DNA of 32,242 nucleotides from contig CAMOFU010000001.1 of assembly GCA_946613705.1 (NCBI GenBank), positions 1 through 32,242 of the forward strand, read 5' to 3'. The position numbers and the translations under genes are program-made. The stretch comes from an uncultured Clostridia bacterium (lineage in GTDB: Bacteria > Bacillota > Clostridia > Oscillospirales > Ruminococcaceae). Within the stretch, counting starts at the first letter, position 1. Every line of letters starts with the position of its first letter. Under the pieces are notes generated by a model, which ran no database searches, was not told where the DNA came from, and saw only the letters and a list, made by a program, of their open reading frames with translations. This document shows, piece by piece, positions 1-9,703 of this stretch.

Positions 1-14
1 CACGGTCAGCCGCC

Positions 15-2435
15 TCAGTAGCTCATCACCTTCAGCTGCCTTCTGATATCCTTAACGGTCAGACCGTCAGGCTTGGGGATAGTCACCGTGACCTCCTCGT
101 CGCCGTGAATATCGAACCAGTTGTCCGAGAACTCGATGTCCGCTTCCGAAAGCGACAGAAAAACGCTCTTGGCAAAATTCTCTGCGATAAGCGTTATCGC
201 AAAGCAGTTGTCAAGCTCAAATATCTCGGTGTATATCCCCGCTCCGAGTATATTGAACTCCTTCGGGCGCACAAACAGCGTTGTACCGCCCGCTATCTCG
301 CGCTTGTAGTTTTCGAGCGTGTACTCTATGTACTTCGAGCATCTGTCCCGCTGCGTTCTCAGCTGCCTGCTAAGGTCAAGCTTCATCGCCCTCACCACCC
401 CGAGCTGATCGGCGATTATGTCAGCCGTGAACTCCTCCAGTATCTCGGCTCGGTTGTTCCTCAGCCTACAGGTCACGGTCAGCGGCTCCTCCTCGGTGGT
501 GTCATTGGTAACATACAGCACGGGGCGGAGCGGGTCGCGGTCGTCGCAGCTCAGCAGCAGCGGCGCATAGAACCTCCTCGCCGCATAGTGCAGCGCCTTC
601 TTCCTCCCGAAGTAGTCCACCGACGACCACGAGATCACGGGGTTGGAGTCGTTTATCTGCCAGTATGCCGAGCCCATGCACCGCCCTCTTGCACGGCGCA
701 TATGCTCAACGTTCGAGCGAATGCAGTCTGCCTGCACCAGCTGCGAAAGATATATCTGCCTCTCAAAGTCATCCGATACGTCAACATACTGCTGCATATA
801 GTATTCAAGCTTCTCCATGCCCCTGTCGCACTTCTGATGCAGCTTCATCACAGAGCTCGAAAGCGCAAGATCGCCCTTTGCGGGGTCGGCAAAGGCAAGG
901 CAGGTCTTTATGTCGGGCAGGCTCTCAAAGCCGTACTCCGAGCAGAAGCGGTAGTACAGCCGCCTGAAATCCTCGATAGGCTTGAAATCGTGCCATACAG
1001 CCCAGTAATGCATATCCCCCGACTTGTTTGACGACGGCTCCCTGAACCCTCCGCCCGACGACGGCGAGCTCGGCCAGTAAAAGGTCTGCGGGTCAAGCTC
1101 CAGCAGTATCGAGGGTATTATTTCTTCAAACAGCCTGAGATAATCTCTTCGCGCCTCATCGTCCTTCGGCCAGCCCCAATACTCCCAAGCCGATTCGATC
1201 TCGTTGTTGCCGCACCACATTCCCAGCGAGGGATGACTGCGCAGACGCTTCACATTGTCGGCGACCTCGGCGCGCACCGTCTCTTCAAATTCGGGTGTCA
1301 GCAGATACGCCGAGCAGGCAAACATAAAGTCCTGCCATACTATCAGCCCATGCTCGTCGCAGTAATCGTAAAGATCTTCACTCGGATAAACTCCGCCGCC
1401 CCAGACTCTTATGAAATTGAAGCCCGCCTCAATGCAGTCGCCAAGCAGCTTAACAGTCCGTTCCTTTGTACAGTTCGGAAGTATCTGATCCTCGGGGATA
1501 TAGTTTCCGCCCATAGCAAAGACCTTGATGCCGTTGTTTATGAAACAGAACTCCCGCCCCCATGTATCCTTGTCCTGAGATACGGTGAGCGTGCGCAGCC
1601 CTATTCGGTCGGTGCGCGAATCGATCACTTTCTTACCCGACAGCAGCCGCACCTCCGAGATATACAGCGGCTGCTCTCCCAGCCCCCTCACCCACCACAG
1701 CTGCGGGTCGTTTATCTCGATAGTCAGCTTGCCGTTTATCAGCTTCGAGGTAAGGCGGATATTCCCGGGCGATGTGAACACTACCTCGGCGGTTATCCCG
1801 TGCGACCAGATATCAAGCTCGGCATTCACATCAACGATCACCTTGCCCTCGGAATGCTTTTGTGTATAATACACACCCTTTATCCGTCCGCCGCTGTACC
1901 CCGAAATATGCACGCCCCGCCAGATGCCCATATCGGGCAGCTTCGGGCCCCAGTCCCAGCCGAACATACAGTGCGCCTTCCGCAGATGAGGATAGCCCTC
2001 CATAGCCTCCTTAACACCCGCCAGCGGGCGCTTTGACTGTGCGTCGATTATATATCTTATCGGCGAGTGTATCCACACCACCAGTACATTTTCATGATCG
2101 GCGATACCCCTCACATCGAACTCATAGGTCCTGTGCATATTGTCGCTGCTGCCGAGATAGGTGTCGTTAAGATACACGTCCGCCACGGTATCTATCCCCT
2201 CAAAGGTAAGCATTATCCTGTCCTGCCGCAGCAGCCTTTCGGGGAGCGTGAACACCTTTCTGAACACAAAGTCCCTCTCAGCCGCGGCAGTTGCAGCTGC
2301 CTCGTTGTCGCGGTAGTACGGGTCGGCAAGCCTGCCGTTATCTGTCAGCACCTTATATGCCGAGCACGGCACCGAGCATTCATAGCTGTCCTCGCCGTCT
2401 ATCATCACCCACTCATCGTTAAGGTCAATTCTCAC
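15..2435 (-). CDS. Glycoside hydrolase family 2 beta-mannosidase, cytoplasmic
   Basis: Motifs FEGIDTVA, GWDWGP, RVWGGG, WQDFMFAC, WCGNNE (acid/base) and SEYG (nucleophile). Likely GTG start at 2435 after a GGGGGGAG RBS. No signal peptide. Confidence 0.88.
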   Translation of the reverse strand: MRIDLNDEWVMIDGEDSYECSVPCSAYKVLTDNGRLADPYYRDNEAAATAAAERDFVFRKVFTLPERLLRQDRIMLTFEGIDTVADVYLNDTYLGSSDNMHRTYEFDVRGIADHENVLVVWIHSPIRYIIDAQSKRPLAGVKEAMEGYPHLRKAHCMFGWDWGPKLPDMGIWRGVHISGYSGGRIKGVYYTQKHSEGKVIVDVNAELDIWSHGITAEVVFTSPGNIRLTSKLINGKLTIEINDPQLWWVRGLGEQPLYISEVRLLSGKKVIDSRTDRIGLRTLTVSQDKDTWGREFCFINNGIKVFAMGGNYIPEDQILPNCTKERTVKLLGDCIEAGFNFIRVWGGGVYPSEDLYDYCDEHGLIVWQDFMFACSAYLLTPEFEETVRAEVADNVKRLRSHPSLGMWCGNNEIESAWEYWGWPKDDEARRDYLRLFEEIIPSILLELDPQTFYWPSSPSSGGGFREPSSNKSGDMHYWAVWHDFKPIEDFRRLYYRFCSEYGFESLPDIKTCLAFADPAKGDLALSSSVMKLHQKCDRGMEKLEYYMQQYVDVSDDFERQIYLSQLVQADCIRSNVEHMRRARGRCMGSAYWQINDSNPVISWSSVDYFGRKKALHYAARRFYAPLLLSCDDRDPLRPVLYVTNDTTEEEPLTVTCRLRNNRAEILEEFTADIIADQLGVVRAMKLDLSRQLRTQRDRCSKYIEYTLENYKREIAGGTTLFVRPKEFNILGAGIYTEIFELDNCFAITLIAENFAKSVFLSLSEADIEFSDNWFDIHGDEEVTVTIPKPDGLTVKDIRRQLKVMSY

Positions 2436-2468
2436 AAAAGCTCCCCCCTGAAGTCCGAAATTTTTTAT

Positions 2469-2498
2469 ATTATACCATTTTATCTTACCAAATGTCAA
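2469..2498 (-). promoter_or_regulatory. Sigma-A promoter of the beta-mannosidase gene
   Basis: TTGACA-18 nt-TATAAT with extended TG on the minus strand. Confidence 0.8.
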
Positions 2499-2508
2499 TA
2501 CAGCTAAA

Positions 2509-2561
2509 CAAATTTCAAATTTCAAATTTCAAAATTCAAAATTCAAAAACAAAAACAAAAA
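2509..2561. repeat. Short tandem repeat (CAAATTT x3, CAAAATT x2, CAAAAA x3)
   Basis: Read directly; lies between the terminator and the promoter. Confidence 0.85.
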
Positions 2562-2595
2562 GACCCGCCTTCCTGCTTACCTGCTCGGGCGGGTC
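2556..2595 (-). terminator. Rho-independent terminator of the recA-recX operon
   Basis: GACCCGCC / GGCGGGTC stem followed by TTTTT on the minus strand. Confidence 0.8.
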
Positions 2596-2630
2596 ATCAA
2601 ACACTGTACAGTATTCTCAGCAAGCGGCGC

Positions 2631-2819
2631 TTACTCCTCCTTGCTCTCACTGCTTGTGTCGGCGGGTGTGTTTTCGCGGGAAGGCTTCTTGTCAAGATCC
2701 TTGTTCTTCATATAGCCAATGGTTATTATCACGGGCATAACCAGAAACAGCCCTAACGCGATCCCGATGTTGAAAGCATTTGCCACCGTGTCCGAAACTA
2801 CCGCAGCCATCACAGTCAT
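2631..2819 (-). CDS. Small single-pass membrane protein, hypothetical (62 aa)
   Basis: ATG immediately follows the recX stop (TGAATG) with GAGGAGG upstream; one hydrophobic segment then a charged tail. Confidence 0.6.
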   Translation of the reverse strand: MTVMAAVVSDTVANAFNIGIALGLFLVMPVIITIGYMKNKDLDKKPSRENTPADTSSESKEE

Positions 2820-3437
2820 TCAGTCGTCCTCCTCTTCAAGCTCGGCAAACACAGCATTTATATCCCCATAGGAATAGCCCTGCCGCACGAGCGCATTCTT
2901 TACCTTTTTAACTCCGTCCTCCCCGTCAAGGCGGCGGAGATATTTTTTCTCCACAAGCTCCCTTATCCGCCCGCGGACACTCTCGGTCTCCTGATAAGGC
3001 GCAAGCGCTTCGTCTATCAGCTGCTTTGACAGCCCCTTGAGCTTCATCTCCTGCACAGCCTTGTAATACCCGAAGTGCTTGACCTCCATGTATTTCCGTG
3101 CAAGCCCCTCGGCAAAGCGCCTGTCGTTTATCATTCCCAGCTCCGCCAGCCTGTCGCAGACCTCATAGCAGATCTGCTCGCTGTAATTATCCGAAAGCTT
3201 GCGGAACAGCAGGATATACGAATAGTCCTTGTAGTCGAGCAGATACAGCGCCCGTTCACGCGCCCGCCGCAGATCGTTGGCATACACCACCGCCTGCCAC
3301 TGCCCGTCCGTCAGCTCCATGCCCTTTTCAAGCCCCTTGTCGTAAACGACCTCGGCATTGATAAAGGCGGGCTCGCCCTGCTCAAAGTCTATCCGCAGGG
3401 TCTTGCCCTTGAACTGTGTTATGTCGGTTATCCGCAT
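2820..3437 (-). CDS. recX: Regulatory protein RecX
   Basis: Overlaps the recA stop; RecX-like segments RALYLL, LGMINDRRFA, ELVEKKY and ALVRQGYSY. Confidence 0.88.
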   Translation of the reverse strand: MRITDITQFKGKTLRIDFEQGEPAFINAEVVYDKGLEKGMELTDGQWQAVVYANDLRRARERALYLLDYKDYSYILLFRKLSDNYSEQICYEVCDRLAELGMINDRRFAEGLARKYMEVKHFGYYKAVQEMKLKGLSKQLIDEALAPYQETESVRGRIRELVEKKYLRRLDGEDGVKKVKNALVRQGYSYGDINAVFAELEEEDD

Positions 3438-4693
3438 CAGCCGTTCCCGAGGTCGGTGATATCAACGGGAGCGAACTCCTCAAAATCGTCCGAGGGGTCT
3501 ACCACGACATTCACCTTCTTTGAGGACTTCTTCTCTATAGCGGGAGCGGGAGCAGGCTCCTCTGCGGGTGCATCGGTCTTCTCGGCATCTCCCGCAGCCG
3601 CTGCCGCCTTTTCCTCCAGCGCCGCATTCTTCTTGCTCTTCTTCGAGGTCATCACAAGCTTATCCTTCTGCTCCTTGATCTTCTCCTCGATCTCAGCCAT
3701 GATCTCGGGATTTGAGAGCAGGAACTCCTTGGAGTTGTCTCTGCCCTGACCGAGCTTCTGATCGTTATAGCTGTACCACGCGCCGCCCTTCTTGACAATG
3801 CCAAGCTCCGCCGCCATGTCCAGCACCTCGCCCACGCGGGAGATGCCCGTGCCGTACATGATATCGAACTCGCACTCCTTGAACGGCGGTGCGACCTTGT
3901 TTTTCACCACCTTGCACTTGGTGCGGTTGCCTATGAACTCAGAGCCGCTCTGTATCTTCTCGCCGCGCCTTACCTCGATACGGACAGAGGCATAGAATTT
4001 CAGCGCCCTGCCGCCGGGAGTAGTCTCGGGATTGCCGTAGACAACGCCGATCTTCTCTCTCACCTGATTGATAAAGATCGCCGCACAGTTAGACTTTGCG
4101 ATAACAGAGGTGAGCTTCCTCATCGCCTGTGACATCAGCCTTGCCAGCTGACCCACATGAGTGTCGCCCATCTCGCCGTCGATCTCGGCCTTCGTGACCA
4201 TTGCCGCCACCGAATCGATAACGATGCAGTCGATAGCTCCCGACCTTGCCAGTGCCTCGGCGATCTCCAGTGCCTGCTCGCCCGAATCGGGCTGTGACAC
4301 GAGCATATTGTCGATATCCACCCCGAGCGCCGCAGCATACACAGGGTCGAGCGCGTGCTCAACATCTATGAACGCTACCTCGCCGCCGAGCTTCTGCGCC
4401 TCTGCTATGCAGTGCAGTGCAACGGTAGTCTTTCCCGAGGATTCGGGTCCGTAGATCTCGATGATCCTGCCGCGCGGTATACCGCCGACACCGAGCGCCA
4501 TATCCAGCGTCATCGAGCCCGTAGGGATGCACTCGATGTCCAGCGCCTTAGTCTCGCCCAGCTTCATGATCGCGCCCTGACCGAACTGCTTCTCGATATA
4601 CGCTATCGCCGTATCGAGGGCCTTCTTCTTCTCTTCCTTATCGGTAACCTTTACTACCGTCTTGCCTTCTTTTTTCTTCTTGTCGATCGCCAT
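3437..4693 (-). CDS. recA: Recombinase A with a long C-terminal extension
   Basis: GPESSGKTT Walker [34 protein letters not shown]; ATG at 4693 after GGAGGT. Confidence 0.98.
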   Translation of the reverse strand: MAIDKKKKEGKTVVKVTDKEEKKKALDTAIAYIEKQFGQGAIMKLGETKALDIECIPTGSMTLDMALGVGGIPRGRIIEIYGPESSGKTTVALHCIAEAQKLGGEVAFIDVEHALDPVYAAALGVDIDNMLVSQPDSGEQALEIAEALARSGAIDCIVIDSVAAMVTKAEIDGEMGDTHVGQLARLMSQAMRKLTSVIAKSNCAAIFINQVREKIGVVYGNPETTPGGRALKFYASVRIEVRRGEKIQSGSEFIGNRTKCKVVKNKVAPPFKECEFDIMYGTGISRVGEVLDMAAELGIVKKGGAWYSYNDQKLGQGRDNSKEFLLSNPEIMAEIEEKIKEQKDKLVMTSKKSKKNAALEEKAAAAAGDAEKTDAPAEEPAPAPAIEKKSSKKVNVVVDPSDDFEEFAPVDITDLGNG

Positions 4694-4744
4694 TTGTTTT
4701 ACCTCCATAATTCCCGAATCAAGATCCGTTTTTGCTTCGGGTAT

Positions 4745-4753
4745 ATTATAGCA
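4745..4753 (-). promoter_or_regulatory. Extended -10 promoter element upstream of recA
   Basis: TGCTATAAT on the minus strand; -35 element poorly defined. Confidence 0.55.
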
Positions 4754-4831
4754 TATATTTCAGCAAAAGTGTGTATCTTTTTTTGGACAGTTATTGCTTT
4801 TGTCGGTTTTACGGTACAATTTAATGTACAG

Positions 4832-5692
4832 TTAAGCCTCCCGCCTGAATCCGATGACCGCGCGGTCGTTGCCCGCATAGTCCTTTTTCACACGAACGTC
4901 CCTGAAGCCGTGCTGTATCATCAGCTGCATAACCTCATCAGCCTGCGAAGCACCTATCTCGAACAGCAGCGCTCCGCCCTCCTTCAGCTTATGCTTCCAG
5001 AGCCTTGTTACCGCGCGGTAGAGGTCGAGCCCGTCCTCACCGCCGAACAGCGCCTCAACAGGCTCCGCCCTTACCTCCTTTTGCAGCTGACCCATATCGG
5101 CAGCCGTGAGATACGGCGGATTGCAGACGATCAGATCGGCCTGCATCTGCTGCTCTGTAAGCGTCTCGTCGGTCACATCGCCCTTTACAATATGCGCAGA
5201 TGACCCGAGCGCAAGCTTGTTCTCCAGCAGATACTCGAATGCGTCCGTGTACTTCTCTATCAGCGTAAGCTCGGAAACTCTCAGCTTCTGCTCCAGCGTG
5301 AGCCCTATGCAGCCCGTGCCCGCGCACAGGTCGATGACGGATATACTGTCCGAATTTTTGTACAGCTTCACCGCTATATCTATCAGAAGCTCCGTATCCT
5401 GCCTCGGTATCAGCACACCTCTTCCGACCTTGAAATGAAGCCCGCAGAAATCCCATTCCCCGATGATATACTGCAGCGGCTCTCCCGAGAGCCTGCGCAC
5501 CACAAGATCGAAAAAGCTCTGCTCGGTGCTCTCGCTGCACTCCTGCCACATAAGCTCCTCAAACTCCGTCCCGCGGCAATCCTTCCCGACTGCAAGCCCC
5601 ATAAGCTCCTTGGCTTCCAGCGCCGCATCGGAATATTCAAGTCCCGACAGCTGTTCTATCCCGTCGGTCAGCAGCTGCCCGTAGGTACTCAT
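4832..5692 (-). CDS. prmC: Release factor glutamine N5-methyltransferase (HemK/PrmC)
   Basis: GEPLQYIIG, VLIPRQDTE, DLCAGTGCI, NPPY, FEIG; start at 5692 after a G-rich RBS. Confidence 0.95.
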   Translation of the reverse strand: MSTYGQLLTDGIEQLSGLEYSDAALEAKELMGLAVGKDCRGTEFEELMWQECSESTEQSFFDLVVRRLSGEPLQYIIGEWDFCGLHFKVGRGVLIPRQDTELLIDIAVKLYKNSDSISVIDLCAGTGCIGLTLEQKLRVSELTLIEKYTDAFEYLLENKLALGSSAHIVKGDVTDETLTEQQMQADLIVCNPPYLTAADMGQLQKEVRAEPVEALFGGEDGLDLYRAVTRLWKHKLKEGGALLFEIGASQADEVMQLMIQHGFRDVRVKKDYAGNDRAVIGFRREA

Positions 5693-5693
5693 T

Positions 5694-6470
5694 TCAACTC
5701 CCCCTTTTTTCAAGTATCAGCTTTATATGCGTGCGGTCTTTCAGCTCAAAGCCGAAGTCCCGTCTTATCTGCCATGCGGTAAACGGCAGCGTGAACCGCT
5801 CACAGTAGACGATACTGTAGTCCTGCGGCACCATCCCCACCAGCTGCTCGTCCGAAACGGGGAAATAGTTCTCTCTCACTTCCCGCTCCCAGTTCTGTGT
5901 GTATTTGTATTTCAGCAGGAAATGCACCAGCTGCTTCTGCGTGGTGATCCTGCCCCACACCTGCTCGAAATCCGCCAGCTGCGAGGTGTAACCGCTCCTC
6001 CTTACCGCCCCGAGCATATCCTCGTCAACGGGGCGTTCAAGCCTTTCCTCAAAAGCCATATCCCTCACCGAGATATACTTGAAGCCGCTCCCGAACACTC
6101 TGTCAAGAAACACCCTCACGTCCTCATCGGTGCCGTAGGAATAGACCTCGTGTATCGTGCTGGATATGTTTATCAGCGTGCTTTCGGGTCTGACCGAGAT
6201 GCTGTCCCAGTCATACCAAAACGGCACCTGCGGAACATTCTTCTCCGCCGCCGCGATCATCTCGGGATCAATGTCATACCCCGCATAGCTGTATTCGGGG
6301 CACATTCTCATCAGCGCCTTTATCAGCTCGCCGTTGGCGCAGCCGAAATCGAGCACGGTATCGAACGGCTCAAACACCTTATCGATAAAGAACATCTTAT
6401 CGAGTATCGACCGCTGCATTCTTGTAAGATATATCTCCCTGTCCGCGATCGCATTTTCACCTACACCCAT
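5694..6470 (-). CDS. Class I SAM-dependent methyltransferase, unknown substrate
   Basis: Motif I VLDFGCANG and acidic motif II GYDID; tightly packed between DUF1385 and prmC. Confidence 0.75.
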   Translation of the reverse strand: MGVGENAIADREIYLTRMQRSILDKMFFIDKVFEPFDTVLDFGCANGELIKALMRMCPEYSYAGYDIDPEMIAAAEKNVPQVPFWYDWDSISVRPESTLINISSTIHEVYSYGTDEDVRVFLDRVFGSGFKYISVRDMAFEERLERPVDEDMLGAVRRSGYTSQLADFEQVWGRITTQKQLVHFLLKYKYTQNWEREVRENYFPVSDEQLVGMVPQDYSIVYCERFTLPFTAWQIRRDFGFELKDRTHIKLILEKRGS

Positions 6471-6511
6471 TTAAACGCCCCCAAAAGAAAGACCATGGTC
6501 CGCCGCTCGGG

Positions 6512-7471
6512 CTATTCTCCCCCTTCGGGAATTACAGCCTTCAAAGCCTCTATCGCGCACTCTATCTCGTCATCATGCGGCTCCTTGGTCGTAATGCGCT
6601 GTATCCACAGCCCGGGCGCGGAGACAGCCCTCATCACGGGGTTGTCATACTTGCCCGCCAGCCTTATCACCTCATACGCAAGCCCCATCACAACGGGCAG
6701 CAGCGCCAGCTTGCACAGCACCCTCAGCATAACGTTCTCCCACGACAGGCGGAACACCGAGTTCACGAATATGCTTATGAACAGCACCAGGAACACAAAG
6801 CTCGTTCCGCACCTCGGGTGGAAGCGGCAGTGCTGCTTTACGTTCTCTACCGTCAGCTCCCTGCCGTGCTCGTAGCAGGCTATCGTCTTGTGCTCTGCTC
6901 CGTGGTACTCATACAGCCTGTGCATATCCTTCATGAGCCCCGTCAGCGCAGTGTAGCCCACGAATATGCCTATCTTGATAAAGCCCTCGATTATGTTCTT
7001 CACCACATCGGGTATCTCAACTATCTTCCCCGCCAGCTTGAGTATGCCGCTCGGCACCATCATGAACAGGAAGATAGCCAGTGCCAGCCCCAGTACCATA
7101 GATATGCCCGATATCACAGGCATCAGCTTATCGCCCAGCTTCTCGGTGAGCCACTTTTCAAACCGTGACTCGGGCTCCTCGTCCTCCTCGGTGATCTGCT
7201 TGTCGGCAGAGCGCATAAGGCACTTGTAGCCGTCTATCATAGAGATACCGAAGCTGAAAACGCCCCGAACGAACGGCACCTTCCTGTACCACGGCAGATC
7301 CTTGCCGCCGCGTATCGGCCAGACCTCCAGATCTATCTCGCCGCCGGGCAGCCTGTTTGCCATAGATGCCTTGTCGATGCCGCGCATCATAACGCCCTCT
7401 ATGACCGCCTGACCGCCTATCTTGGACTTGAATTTTTCCTCACCGAGCTCGGGAGTGCTGCTTTTGCTCAT
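6512..7471 (-). CDS. DUF1385 family membrane protein (YqhQ-like)
   Basis: GGQAVIEGVMM, YHGAEHK, RFHPRCGTSF, PGLWIQRITTKEP; usual neighbour of prmC. Confidence 0.9.
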   Translation of the reverse strand: MSKSSTPELGEEKFKSKIGGQAVIEGVMMRGIDKASMANRLPGGEIDLEVWPIRGGKDLPWYRKVPFVRGVFSFGISMIDGYKCLMRSADKQITEEDEEPESRFEKWLTEKLGDKLMPVISGISMVLGLALAIFLFMMVPSGILKLAGKIVEIPDVVKNIIEGFIKIGIFVGYTALTGLMKDMHRLYEYHGAEHKTIACYEHGRELTVENVKQHCRFHPRCGTSFVFLVLFISIFVNSVFRLSWENVMLRVLCKLALLPVVMGLAYEVIRLAGKYDNPVMRAVSAPGLWIQRITTKEPHDDEIECAIEALKAVIPEGGE

Positions 7472-7482
7472 TAATTGACCTC

Positions 7483-8985
7483 TCATTCATCCTGCGGGCT
7501 GCTCTCCGAAGAGATCAGCTCTACGTTTATCGTTTCTGTTTCCTCTGATTTCTTATTCTGATCTATGCAGGGCAGCGTTATCATAACAGTCGTGCCTACG
7601 CCCTGCTCCGAATTTATCATAAGCCTTCCGTTGTGCCGCTCGATTATCTCATCTGCCACCGCAAGCCCGATGCCCGAGCCGCGGCGCGTGTGGTTGGCCT
7701 TGAAGAACTTGGTCTTGATCTTCGGCAGATCGTCCTTTGAGATCCCTATGCCCGTATCGGATACGGATATGCATATCTCACCGCCCTGCTCGTAAGCCTC
7801 GACCGAGACGGTGTCGCCCTTGTCGCTGTATTTGATCGCGTTATCGACGATATTGATGAACACCTGCCGCAGCCTGTTCTTGTCGCCGTATACGAACGGC
7901 AGCATCTCGGGCTCGTAGTAATCGAGCTTGATGCCCAGCGCCCTTGCACGCTCCTGATAGATCAGCACTGTCTCGCCAAGCTCGGCAAGAATGTCTATCG
8001 TCGCCATTTGCAGCTGCAAGCGGTTGTCCTGAATACGCGAGAAATCGAGCAGCTCCTCTACCATCTGCGAGAGCCTTTCCGTCTCCGAGGTGATAACGCG
8101 CATACCCTTCTTGAATGTCTCGGTATCCTCGGGACCCATAGTAGTCAGCGTCTCGGACCAGCCCTTTATCGCTGTCAGCGGTGTTCTCAGCTCATGCGAT
8201 ACCGAAGATATGAACTCGTTCTTCATCTGCTCGGCATTCGAGAGCTCGTCCGCCATGTAGTTGATCGAATCGCACAGCTCGCCTATCTCGTCGTCCTGTG
8301 TTTTCTCGATACGCTCGCTGAAATCCCCCGTAGCGAACCGCCTTGTGATGCCGCCGATCTTTATCACGGGATAAACTATCGAGCGGATAAAGAACATACC
8401 CGAAAGGAATATCAGCAGCACAACAGCCGCGACCACAGCAGTGATAATGAATATCATCACCCAGATCTGGCTGTCAACACCGCGCATCGACGAGATCATT
8501 CTCAGCGCCTCGAACTCACAGCCCTTCGGCGAGATCATCGAGGTGACCGCGATCACCTTTTCGCCCGAGGGCAGCTCAAAGACCGCCGTTGCCGTACCCG
8601 TTGACGACTTTTTCGCCGCGGTATAATCCTCCATGCTTACATCGTTCGAGGGCGAGAAGCCCGAGGAGGTGATGTCGATGCTGCCGTCGGTCTTCACCGC
8701 CATCAGCTCGACCCTGTCCTTGTCCGAATAAGACTCCACCTCGGAACGTATCTTTGAGTTATAGTTCGTAGTCGCGTCGCCCGAGTTCTGCATAACGTCG
8801 TTCGTGACTATATTCATTTTTGAAGTCATATACTGCCTTGCGGCGCTGTAGTAATAGCTCCTCACCGCAAGTATCAGCAGTATCTCTATCAGCAGCAGAA
8901 CGATCAGCACGGTGCCCATCGTGTTCATCAGCCAGTGGGTCCTTACGCTGTGCCTGCCGTAATGTATCTTGGTCGAAGTTGACAA
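7483..8985 (-). CDS. HAMP-domain sensor histidine kinase
   Basis: Two TM helices, HAMP (DEIGEL), H-box SHELRTPLT, N-box NIVDNAIKY, G1 DTGIG and G2 GSGIGL. Confidence 0.95.
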   Translation of the reverse strand: MSTSTKIHYGRHSVRTHWLMNTMGTVLIVLLLIEILLILAVRSYYYSAARQYMTSKMNIVTNDVMQNSGDATTNYNSKIRSEVESYSDKDRVELMAVKTDGSIDITSSGFSPSNDVSMEDYTAAKKSSTGTATAVFELPSGEKVIAVTSMISPKGCEFEALRMISSMRGVDSQIWVMIFIITAVVAAVVLLIFLSGMFFIRSIVYPVIKIGGITRRFATGDFSERIEKTQDDEIGELCDSINYMADELSNAEQMKNEFISSVSHELRTPLTAIKGWSETLTTMGPEDTETFKKGMRVITSETERLSQMVEELLDFSRIQDNRLQLQMATIDILAELGETVLIYQERARALGIKLDYYEPEMLPFVYGDKNRLRQVFINIVDNAIKYSDKGDTVSVEAYEQGGEICISVSDTGIGISKDDLPKIKTKFFKANHTRRGSGIGLAVADEIIERHNGRLMINSEQGVGTTVMITLPCIDQNKKSEETETINVELISSESSPQDE

Positions 8986-9004
8986 ATTATCTCACAGCTC
9001 CCGC

Positions 9005-9703
9005 TCAGCCCGCGCTCCACTTGTAGCCGAAGCCCCATATAGTCAGGATATACTTCGGGTTGGAGGGCTCGTCCTCTATCTTCATTCTGATGCGCCTGAT
9101 ATTCACGTCCACTATCTTGTCATCGCCGAAATAGCTCTCGCCCCAGATGTGATTGAGTATGCTCGTGCGGTCAAGAGCGGTATTCTGGTTCTTGAAGAAA
9201 TACTCCATTATCTGATATTCCACCTGCGTAAGATCGATAACGCTGCCGTTCTTCGAGACTGTCCTGCTCTTGAGATTGAGCACGAACGGCCCCGAGGATA
9301 TCGTCGAGGAAGCCTCGGGCTTCGAGTGCGACATAGACACTCTCCTGCACACCGCGTCCACCCTTGCGATAAGCTCCGAGATCGAGAAGGGCTTTGTTAT
9401 ATAATCGTCCGCCCCGTTCATCAGCGAGCTTATCTTATCCATCTCCTGCGACTTGGCCGAGAGCATGATTATCCCCATAGTATCCGATCTCTCGCGGAAC
9501 TTCTTGCACACCTGCTGGCCGTCTATCCCGGGCATCATTATATCCAGCAGCGCAACGTCAAAATCGCCGCCCGCCTGCTCAAATGCCGCGATAGCATCCT
9601 CACCGCAGTTCACATCGACTACCTCATAGCCGCTTCTTGTAAGGTTGAGCACCACGAACTCGCGGATAGAATCCTCGTCCTCACAAACCAAAACCTTTCT
9701 CAT
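9005..9703 (-). CDS. OmpR/PhoB family response regulator
   Basis: CEDED, LLDIMMPG, GADDYITKPF, winged helix VDVNIRRIR and TIWGFGYK. Confidence 0.95.
   Translation of the reverse strand: MRKVLVCEDEDSIREFVVLNLTRSGYEVVDVNCGEDAIAAFEQAGGDFDVALLDIMMPGIDGQQVCKKFRERSDTMGIIMLSAKSQEMDKISSLMNGADDYITKPFSISELIARVDAVCRRVSMSHSKPEASSTISSGPFVLNLKSRTVSKNGSVIDLTQVEYQIMEYFFKNQNTALDRTSILNHIWGESYFGDDKIVDVNIRRIRMKIEDEPSNPKYILTIWGFGYKWSAG

Noticed and set aside
105-2507. Long plus-strand ORFs antisense to real genes (here and at 5727-6875, 9733-11184, 11314-12450, 23875-25008, 25604-27644, 30682-31785)
   Set aside because: Shadow frames caused by GC-rich codon bias; no RBS or recognisable motifs, and fully overlapped by well-supported genes.
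2436-2525. Upstream ORF-track starts for GH2 (also recA, larB, spoIIGA, sigE, pnp, folD)
   Set aside because: They run into promoters or neighbouring genes; downstream starts with clear RBSs were used instead.
2509-2561. Intergenic repeats as a CRISPR array or iterons
   Set aside because: Units are 6-8 bp with no spacers, and there are no cas or rep genes.
2605-4832. 8-bp direct repeat TGTACAGT flanking the recA-recX unit (2605-2612 and 4825-4832)
   Set aside because: Too short, no integrase or transposase nearby, and the enclosed genes are core; likely chance.
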